DNA of 22,760 nucleotides, from assembly GCA_030668825.1 (NCBI GenBank), contig DAOVET010000037.1, positions 1 to 22,760 on the forward strand, in the 5' to 3' direction. The notes under the pieces are model-generated. The model saw nothing but the letters and a program-made list of their open reading frames with translations. It did no database searches and was not told the DNA's origin. Both the position numbers and the translations under genes were made by a program. Position 1 is the stretch's first letter. The number at the start of each line of letters is the position of its first letter. Positions 9,177-16,945 of this stretch are shown piece by piece. Source of the DNA: Candidatus Heimdallarchaeota archaeon (GTDB lineage Archaea; Asgardarchaeota; Heimdallarchaeia; Heimdallarchaeales; Heimdallarchaeaceae).

Positions 9177-10418
9177 ATGAGATTTGAAACAAAAAAAGTA
9201 AAAACAAAAACAATTTTATCATTTGTAACAATAGGCATATTAGTGTTGTTTGGTAATACTCAATCATCTGCTAATTGCATATGGGAACCTGCTGATCTTT
9301 TTACTGAGGCTGTTGATATTGCAATTGAAGGAAAGATGGCTGCAGGTCACGTACCTTCTTGTGCATTTAGTGTAATTAATGGTTCTGAAGTCTTTTTCTC
9401 TAAAAGTTATGGAGAGCAACTAGGAACTGACAGAGTTTACTTGCTTAATTCTATTTCAAAAACAGTTGCTGCAACAGCTGCTCTTGCTCTTCAAGAACAA
9501 GGTTTGATTAATATCAACGATGATATCAATGATTACTTACCTTTTGAAATAAAACATCCTCTATACCCCAACACAACTATTACAATCAAGCATTTATTAG
9601 CACATCAATCTGGCATAAAAGGATCAAATATTTACTGGGATGTTCTATTGAACAATTCTTACTCTTGGCCTTGAATTATCTATGAGTCTTTTAATGTAAA
9701 TGGTTCTCTATATTCTACTGAGAACTTTAACACTTGGGAACCTGGTACATCTACTGGATATTCAGATCCAGCAACTGACATAGGTGTATTCATATATGAA
9801 CTTGCGGCAAACAAGTCTTATCATCAAATTGTCACGGAAACGATTCTTACACCTTTAGGAATGCTAAACACAGAAATGGACATCAATGAGTATCCACCCG
9901 AAAAATTAACAACACCTTATGAATGGGATAATGTTCAAGGAGAAAATGTTCAGCTCGAATACACTAATACTTCTTTCAATCCAGGTGGTGGAGGATATTG
10001 GAGCACAGTAGACGATATGTCTAAATTTATGATTGCTCATATGAATCAAGGAAATTATGCTGAAAATTCTATTCTTAATGAAACTTCTATTGAATTGATG
10101 CATACTCCACTAATTGGGAGGTATGCACTTGGATGGTTTGTTGAAGCAGATGGAAGGCAAGGACATTATGGTGGTCCATGGTACGGATACTTTGGAAGTG
10201 TTCAATTAAAAGGTACCATAGGTGTAATTTTCTTCTGCAATCAAGGTAGGTCTAATCCCGAAAGTGTAGCTATTATCGAATTAATATGGACTAAAGCACT
10301 TAAGCTACTTAACGAAAAAACATGCACAACTACTAAAACTAGTCTCTATCTACTTCCAATAATCTCAACCATATCCGCCATTGTTTTTATTCAAAAATAT
10401 AGAAAAAGAAAGGATTAA
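9177..10418 (+). pseudogene. Membrane-anchored serine hydrolase (beta-lactamase class C/PBP-like family) interrupted by one in-frame TGA at 9672-9674
   Basis: The ORFs 9084..9674 and 9861..10418 are in the same frame, and the gap reads open after the TGA (IIYESF...WEPGTSTGYSD...ILTPLGM). Motifs: SxxK (SISK), LLAHQSG, YSD (YxN position), PLGM, GHYGG. It has a signal peptide and a C-terminal TM + basic tail. RBS GGTGA at 9168-9172. Confidence 0.85.
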
Positions 10419-10425
10419 ACCTAAG

Positions 10426-10452
10426 CCTTCTTTTTTTTTTGCTTCTTCTTTT
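10426..10452 (+). terminator. Oligo-T terminator candidate after the serine hydrolase
   Basis: CCTTCTTTTTTTTTTGCTTCTTCTTTT just after the stop codon. Confidence 0.55.
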
Positions 10453-10657
10453 AATGCTTTGCAAATCTAATTCTGTCAATAACCTCATCAAAATCACATT
10501 TCATTTTCGTCAATTCTGAGCATCCGTACTATTTTTTGATATTTAGCAAAAAAGTTTATATTTTTCAAAGAAGTTTAATAATAGTTGCATAAATTATCAT
10601 TCGAAACTATATTCTCTATAAAATTAAAATAAATGTCTAAGGGTATAGGGGAAGAAA

Positions 10658-11644
10658 ATGAAGAAGAGAGTTGGAATTCCAAGAGCGTTGCTTTATTATA
10701 AATTTGAAGCGATGTGGAGAACGTTTTTTGAGGAACTTGGAGCAGAGGTCATTGTTTCTCCTGAAACAACTAAAACAATCAAAGATTTAGCAGTCAGATA
10801 TGCTCCTGATGAAGATTGTTATTCCACAAAATTATATTTTGGACATGCCATCTATCTTAAAGATAAAGTAGATTACTTCTTCATACCAAGATTTGGCAGC
10901 GATCATGAAGTTAATGTTGGTTGTCCTAAATTCATTGGTCTTGCACAGGTCTTAGATTCTCTTTTTCCTGATTTTCCTGAAATTATAATGCCCTATTATT
11001 CACAAGCTAAAGCAAAACACGGAAAGAGAAGACTTCTTAGAATTATCTTCGAAATTGGATTCAAATTTACATACAATCCTCTAAAAATTCTTAGAGCTGG
11101 AATTAGAGCTTTTGAGGCTCAAAGAAAATATGAAGAACAATTGTATATCTCTGAGCAACAGTTAGAAAAATGGATAAAGTCTCAAATTTTTCTCAACGAA
11201 AAACCAAATTTGGAAAATAGAAACAAGCCATTGAAAATTGCTTTAGTAAGTCATCCTTATATACTAAATGATAAATTGTCTAATCTAGATATCAGAGAAA
11301 GTTTATCACAAAAGGGTGTAGATATTATTACTTCTCAACAGATGCCTAGAAGTACAATTGAAGATCAAATGGAAAAACTTGATTTTAATATGTATTTTAA
11401 TTATGAAAGAGAGATTCTTGGAACAATAATGTATTTTCTAGAAAACAATACAATAGATGGAATATTACAACTAGCTGTGTTCAGTTGTGGTCCTGATTCA
11501 ATTGTTTTAGAACTAGCTTCGAGATACTCAAGAAGACAACCTGAGACTCCATTATTACAATTAGTTATAGATGAACTATCATCTGAAGTGGGATTTAGTA
11601 CACGAATAGAAGCATTTCTTGATATGATTGAAAGGAGGAATTAA
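10658..11644 (+). CDS. Acyl-CoA dehydratase activase-related protein (DUF2229 family)
   Basis: N-terminal VGIPRALLYY...W.TFFEELGAEVIVS, followed by DCYSTK..GH, CPKFIG, SHPY, FSCGPD and IDE......F.TRIEAFLDM, which are characteristic family motifs. Confidence 0.88.
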   Translation: MKKRVGIPRALLYYKFEAMWRTFFEELGAEVIVSPETTKTIKDLAVRYAPDEDCYSTKLYFGHAIYLKDKVDYFFIPRFGSDHEVNVGCPKFIGLAQVLDSLFPDFPEIIMPYYSQAKAKHGKRRLLRIIFEIGFKFTYNPLKILRAGIRAFEAQRKYEEQLYISEQQLEKWIKSQIFLNEKPNLENRNKPLKIALVSHPYILNDKLSNLDIRESLSQKGVDIITSQQMPRSTIEDQMEKLDFNMYFNYEREILGTIMYFLENNTIDGILQLAVFSCGPDSIVLELASRYSRRQPETPLLQLVIDELSSEVGFSTRIEAFLDMIERRN

Positions 11645-11645
11645 A

Positions 11646-12746
11646 TTGCCTTTTACTTATCCACACTTTGGATCTTTAACATATGTTTTCGAAATACTTC
11701 TTAGAGAACTTGGAAGAACAGACATTCTGGTTCCAAAAAAACCAAGTAGGAAAACTTCTGAACTTGGGTCACGATATTCACCAGAATTCGTTTGTACACC
11801 CTTCAAGTTAACTCTTGGAACTTTTATAGAGATGTTAGATTTAGGCGCTGATGAACTCGGAATAGGAGGAGGGAATATGTATTGTCGTTTTGGTCTTTAT
11901 TGGCCTGTTCAGAAACTCATTTTAGAAGATTTAGGTTATGATTTCAAATTTGTTCCAATTCCAATTTATGATAAACCACTTGGCCTTGTTAAAACATTAC
12001 AAGCTGCAAGCAACAATTGTACTGTTTGGGAAACAATTAAAGCAATTAGAACCACCTGGATCAAAACTAGATTTATTGAGTTGGTCGACAAGCTACATTT
12101 CAAATATAGGACCTTAGAAATAGAAAAGAATCAAGCGGATAAGCTCGCAAAAGAAGCTCATAGAAAGATTGTAGAAATACAAGGTTTAGGAAATTTAAGG
12201 AGATATGGTAAAAAACTTCCTGAGTTATTCGATAAAACTATAGAGATCGATAAGAAAAAAAAGAAAGATGCCCTAAAGATTGGTGTGTGTGGAGAGATAT
12301 ATGTAGCTCTAGAACCTACTTTAAATCTAGACATTCATAGAAAACTGAATGAATTAGGAGTAATTACTATAAACTGTGTATCTTTTGGAATGCTTATTGA
12401 TTTTGGACGAAAAATCAATCCATTTAAGACCTTACCTTATCAAAAAGCTCGAAGAGTAGCCAAACCATATATTGGACAAAGATGTGGAGGAGAAGCTCAA
12501 GAAAATATAGGAGATATTATTCTCTACAAGAAGAAGAAATGGGACGGATTGGTTCACCTATACCCCTTTACTTGTATGCCTGAAATAATTACTCGAAGCA
12601 TATCACCTCAAGTTAGTAGGGAGTATGATATGCCTTTCTTATCCTTGGTTCTCGATGAACATACAGGAGAGACAGGATTTCAAACAAGATTGGAAGCTTT
12701 TGTTGATTTATTAAGCAGAAAAAAGGATAAAATGCTAGCAAGATAA
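11646..12746 (+). CDS. 2-hydroxyacyl-CoA dehydratase-like / 'CoA protein activase' subunit
   Basis: Motifs PHFG, SPEFVCTPFK..LG, CRFG.Y, GEIYV, PFTCMPE and DEHTGETGFQTRLEAF. The start is likely TTG 11646, with AGGAGG at 11633-11638, coupled to the upstream gene. Confidence 0.88.
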   Translation: MPFTYPHFGSLTYVFEILLRELGRTDILVPKKPSRKTSELGSRYSPEFVCTPFKLTLGTFIEMLDLGADELGIGGGNMYCRFGLYWPVQKLILEDLGYDFKFVPIPIYDKPLGLVKTLQAASNNCTVWETIKAIRTTWIKTRFIELVDKLHFKYRTLEIEKNQADKLAKEAHRKIVEIQGLGNLRRYGKKLPELFDKTIEIDKKKKKDALKIGVCGEIYVALEPTLNLDIHRKLNELGVITINCVSFGMLIDFGRKINPFKTLPYQKARRVAKPYIGQRCGGEAQENIGDIILYKKKKWDGLVHLYPFTCMPEIITRSISPQVSREYDMPFLSLVLDEHTGETGFQTRLEAFVDLLSRKKDKMLAR

Positions 12747-12786
12747 AACTAATAAGCAGAATCAGTGATATCAATAATATTTGTGA

Positions 12787-13485
12787 TTAAAAGAAGTCAG
12801 TTATTCTTTTTTGTCTATAACGTCTATATTCGTTCCCTATCTTACTCCATAATATCCCTTCAGCTTTCTCAGGAGTCGAAGGAATTCCATCAGTATCACG
12901 CTGAATTATTGACTTTACATTTCTATAACCTTGGTAAGAGTAACTAAAATTTAGTACAACCTCATTAGCCACTTCTCTTACTTCTTGCTTATTATAATGT
13001 AAAGCAGCAGTCAGAGGAGTAATTGCTTCGGAATCTTTAAGTTCCCTTAGAGCTGTAATCAGAAATTTTGCAGCAGGTTCGCCTATTTTTTCTAGAGCAT
13101 AAACAGCATATTCTCTAACGATTACGTCTTCTTTTTCATCTTTTAGTGTGTTTATCAGAGGTTCTATAGCTCGTTTGTTACCTATTTTCCCTAGAGTTTC
13201 AACAGCACAGACTCTAACCTTGCTTTGAGAATTACCTAATTCAGCAATTAGTTGTGGAACAGCATTAGAACCAATCTTTGCTAGAGCTTTAGAAGCAACA
13301 AAACGAATATTTTTATCTTCATCCTTAAGAGCAGTAATCAAGGGATCTATAACTGGTTCACCAATTTTAATGAGTGCGTTGACTGTTCTGGAAATGACTC
13401 TTGTGTTTTTATTTTTTAACTCTGAAATTAGAGATAAAATGTCTCCAGTATTTTCGAATTTCTCTATATACTTATCTACACTCAT
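12787..13485 (-). CDS. HEAT/PBS-lyase repeat protein with C-terminal PIP-box-like motif
   Basis: Repeats of L...L.D....[IV]R..A..AL.KIG...[AV]..PL. The protein ends in QKRITDFF*. Confidence 0.9.
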   Translation of the reverse strand: MSVDKYIEKFENTGDILSLISELKNKNTRVISRTVNALIKIGEPVIDPLITALKDEDKNIRFVASKALAKIGSNAVPQLIAELGNSQSKVRVCAVETLGKIGNKRAIEPLINTLKDEKEDVIVREYAVYALEKIGEPAAKFLITALRELKDSEAITPLTAALHYNKQEVREVANEVVLNFSYSYQGYRNVKSIIQRDTDGIPSTPEKAEGILWSKIGNEYRRYRQKRITDFF

Positions 13486-13641
13486 GATAATTCCTGCTTA
13501 GGATAAAGGTTGAACCGACAATATATATTTTTTTACAACACCTATATAAAGAGAATCCCACGTTTATATATGTAATTCAGTTTGATGGGGTAATTTTTAT
13601 ATTTAAGGAAGAGAGATACTATTTTGTTTGAGGATAGCTAT

Positions 13642-15942
13642 ATGTCAAAGGATGTCGATGAGATACTAGAAGAGGTAGATAATCTCTATAAAGATGGTAG
13701 ATTTGCTACTGCTCTAGAGAAAATAGAAGATACTCTAGAAAACCTTTGGCATGAAAATTTCAATCCTGAGGAGATTTTAAAGTTCAACATCAAAAAGTTG
13801 TCAATTCTTGTTACAGCTAAAGATTTTGATAGTGCTCAAATACTATGTGAACAACTGTTGGAAGATATCAAAGAGCTAGATATCAGTTTTTACCATATAG
13901 ATATTCTTTTAGAAAAAGCGCTAATCTGCAGCAATCTAAAACAAAAGGATGTTTGTGATGATAGTCTTACTCAAGTAGAAGAAGCATTGACTTTATTCAA
14001 ACGAGGAGATAGAGAGAACTATATACGAAGAAATGCTCAGTTTAATTTGGTTAAAGGCATGCACCATGTCTTAGCTAGCAAATACTTTGAATCAATTGAT
14101 TTCTTTGAAGAGAGTTTGAAAGAGAATAGAAAAATTTCAGATTTATATGGAATCGCTAATAGTCTTCTATGGACTGGTAAAGCCCTCTACAATTTAGGAG
14201 AATATGATTCTGCGAATAGCTTTTGGGATCAAAGTTTCGAGATATTTACTGATTTGGGATATAGACGCCCTCTTGCAGAATATTATATGGACAAAGCAGG
14301 AATATTTTACAACCAGGGAATTTTGAGTCAAGCTTTAGAAACTGTGAGTAAATCTCTGTTAATCTTCGAGGAATTAAATGATGAAGTTTCTCTTGCTATA
14401 GTACACCATAGAATGGGATACATTTACAGACATTCAGGGAACCAAGAAAAAGCCCTCGAAAATTACTTAAAGAGCAAATCGATTTATGAACGTAAAAATT
14501 TAGTTCACGATAAAGCAAAAGCTATTCTCGATATTTCATCAATAAATCGAGATATTGGAGAATATGATGTTTCACTAAAAAATTTGAAAGAATATTATAA
14601 GATTAAAGAAGAAACTAATGATCAATATGCTATTGCAATAGCTTTGTACGAAACTGGTAAAATATACTCCCTAAAAGGTGAATTGGATAAAGCAGAAGAA
14701 AATTACAGGAAAGCATTACCAATTGCAATTGAACATGATAGGTTAGAAACTTTAAGTAATTTATATTATGCTCTTGGAAATCTATCACAACAAAAAGGTG
14801 ATCTAGAAGGTTCCTCAAAATTCTTTCTTCAAAGTTTGCAATTACGAGAACAGATAAAGAAAGTATATCTTATCTCATACTCTCTTAAAAGTTTGATTCA
14901 AATTAATTTAGATCTAAAACTTAATAAAATGGCTGAAGGATTTCTGAAAAAATTGAATAATTTATCAAAGGAAACTGAAAATCAAAATATTGCACAACTA
15001 TACAGGTTATCAGAATCTTTATATCTGAAAAATACAGGAAATGAAAGAGACATCCAAAAATCTGCAGTTTTCTTTGAACAACTTGCTAAAGAAGAAGTTG
15101 TTGATTATATGATTACTATTGAATCTCTACTAAATCTATCTGAAATTCTTATCTGGGAGATGTCTAAAACAGGTAATGAGGACCTTTTGAATGAAGTGAG
15201 AGAGTATCTTAATAAACTTGAAAGTATAGCAAAGAAACAGAATTCTTTTGCTTTACTTGTCGAGGTAATGCTTCTTCAAGCTGAATTCTCACTTGTTGAA
15301 TTGAAAGCAGAAGAAGCAAGAGATATTTTGTCTAAAGCTATGGAAATCGCAGAAGAAAAAGGAATAGTAAAACTAGCTATTAAAATTTCAAATGAACATG
15401 ATGATTTATTAGATCAACTGGATCTGTGGGAAGATTTCACGATGAAACTCCCTACTATAGCTGAAAAATTAGAATTGTCACATATAGAAGATAGATTAAA
15501 ACAAATTGTCAGAAGAAGGTCTGTTATAGGACCAAAAGTTGAAAGTGAAGCTGAGCTACCAATTATGGTTATTATCCAATCAGATCAAGGATTAATTATC
15601 TTCTCAGAATATTTTGATGAGATTTTAGGAGAAGGAATCTATGATGAAATCCTCCTATCACTTAAAAAAGCCTCGTCTAATATGCTAAATAATAGTCAAG
15701 AAAGGTTGAAAAATAAGGAATTTACATTTCTAATAAACAAAGTAAACAACATCTTTGTTAGTTATATTTTCGTTGGTAAATCTTACAATGGGATTAAAAA
15801 GTTAAATAATCTCATAAACATATTCAGTTCTAACAAAGAACTCAAGAAGATGATCGAAAAAGCTGCTAGAAGTAATGAATCATTAAATTATGAAGATAGA
15901 ATCAATCTATCCAGTTTTGTAAATGATATATTTGTTCAATAA
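13642..15942 (+). CDS. Tetratricopeptide (TPR/MalT-like) repeat protein with a C-terminal small alpha/beta (longin/roadblock-like) domain
   Basis: Multiple ~40-aa TPR repeats (e.g. IAIALYETGKIYSLKGELDKAEENYRKALPI), a helical linker (LAIKISNEHD), and a C-terminal beta-beta-alpha-beta-beta-beta-alpha pattern. ATG 13642 follows GAGGA. Confidence 0.88.
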   Translation: MSKDVDEILEEVDNLYKDGRFATALEKIEDTLENLWHENFNPEEILKFNIKKLSILVTAKDFDSAQILCEQLLEDIKELDISFYHIDILLEKALICSNLKQKDVCDDSLTQVEEALTLFKRGDRENYIRRNAQFNLVKGMHHVLASKYFESIDFFEESLKENRKISDLYGIANSLLWTGKALYNLGEYDSANSFWDQSFEIFTDLGYRRPLAEYYMDKAGIFYNQGILSQALETVSKSLLIFEELNDEVSLAIVHHRMGYIYRHSGNQEKALENYLKSKSIYERKNLVHDKAKAILDISSINRDIGEYDVSLKNLKEYYKIKEETNDQYAIAIALYETGKIYSLKGELDKAEENYRKALPIAIEHDRLETLSNLYYALGNLSQQKGDLEGSSKFFLQSLQLREQIKKVYLISYSLKSLIQINLDLKLNKMAEGFLKKLNNLSKETENQNIAQLYRLSESLYLKNTGNERDIQKSAVFFEQLAKEEVVDYMITIESLLNLSEILIWEMSKTGNEDLLNEVREYLNKLESIAKKQNSFALLVEVMLLQAEFSLVELKAEEARDILSKAMEIAEEKGIVKLAIKISNEHDDLLDQLDLWEDFTMKLPTIAEKLELSHIEDRLKQIVRRRSVIGPKVESEAELPIMVIIQSDQGLIIFSEYFDEILGEGIYDEILLSLKKASSNMLNNSQERLKNKEFTFLINKVNNIFVSYIFVGKSYNGIKKLNNLINIFSSNKELKKMIEKAARSNESLNYEDRINLSSFVNDIFVQ

Positions 15943-15972
15943 AATAAGGGGTTATTTTTTGGAGGTAATAGT

Positions 15973-15992
15973 AAAAAAAAGAAAAGAAAAAA
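15973..15992 (-). terminator. Oligo-T terminator candidate for the minus-strand gene 16001..16843
   Basis: A-rich tract AAAAAAAAGAAAAGAAAAAA on the plus strand, which reads as poly-T on the minus strand, between convergent genes. Confidence 0.45.
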
Positions 15993-16000
15993 TAATAATA

Positions 16001-16843
16001 TTATCTTTTTGAGTTATGTATTTTCTTTCTTCTTGCATAAATTAGATAGAGTGCTATAAAAATAAAACCACTGAAAAATGCATAAGAATTTTCTTCTGGT
16101 GGAATGTCTATTGTCTCAAGAGCTGCCCAAGTTACAGTAACATTGCATGATACACCAGCTGTATTTTTTGCATATGTCGTTATAGTATCATTGACAGTAT
16201 AGTCATTGAATGCAGAATCCATCCCAGAATCTGGATCATAGGTAGGATATGGGGTTACATTCCCACAACATGGAAAACCAATTAAGTTGAAACTGATTAC
16301 AGGAGCTGTATAATCGGTTAATGTTAGATTATTGTATTGTGGTTGTTCGTTTAAAATATCTGGTTGGAATGGTATTGGTCCCCAACACTCAGCGTCATCG
16401 CAAAACATAAATCCACCGTATCCACCAACACCTCCACCTTGTTTGAATGATGGTAAAGTTGTAGTATTATCTGCGTCATTAAAGGCAGTTATTACTAAAT
16501 AATTGTGAAAACCTGGTGTGGTGTCAAAATAATTATTCGCATTCAAAGAAAAAGTTACATTTTGGCTAGTTTGGAGGGTTGCAACACTAGAAGTTATATC
16601 AGTACCATTTAGTTCGATAGTATAGTTATGAATGTTAGATTCTAGTTCTATGATTTCACCAAAAATAAGACCTGTACTATTATATTGAGATATGTTTAGA
16701 AATATTATTGGAGCAGTAAGATCCAAAATTCCTGATGGAACAGGTTGGTCAATAACACCATTATCAATCGTAGAAGTGGTATTAGAAGAAGATAAGACTA
16801 TAAAAAGCATCAATATACTTGTAATTGCTATAATTCTTCTCAT
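16001..16843 (-). CDS. Secreted, C-terminally anchored surface protein with probable Ig-like modules
   Basis: Signal peptide; two D[L/Y]TAP motifs typical of Ig-like repeat boundaries; many NxS/T sequons; C-terminal TM + RRKK. Confidence 0.75.
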   Translation of the reverse strand: MRRIIAITSILMLFIVLSSSNTTSTIDNGVIDQPVPSGILDLTAPIIFLNISQYNSTGLIFGEIIELESNIHNYTIELNGTDITSSVATLQTSQNVTFSLNANNYFDTTPGFHNYLVITAFNDADNTTTLPSFKQGGGVGGYGGFMFCDDAECWGPIPFQPDILNEQPQYNNLTLTDYTAPVISFNLIGFPCCGNVTPYPTYDPDSGMDSAFNDYTVNDTITTYAKNTAGVSCNVTVTWAALETIDIPPEENSYAFFSGFIFIALYLIYARRKKIHNSKR

Positions 16844-16945
16844 AATTTTAACTTTAAGAACTCTTTATACTTAAGGATTGTCGTCACAAGTCACTAAATA
16901 AGCATATTTGAAAAAGAACCTTCACTTTAAAGAATTTCAGGCTTT

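Noticed and set aside
2676-9674. TGA reassigned to Gly (genetic code 25), suggested by TGA at a Gly position in the TM2 remnant and in the serine hydrolase
   Set aside because: TGA ends genes at natural C-termini (640, 1955, 7245), long ORFs have no internal TGA, and the TM2 remnant also contains TAG.
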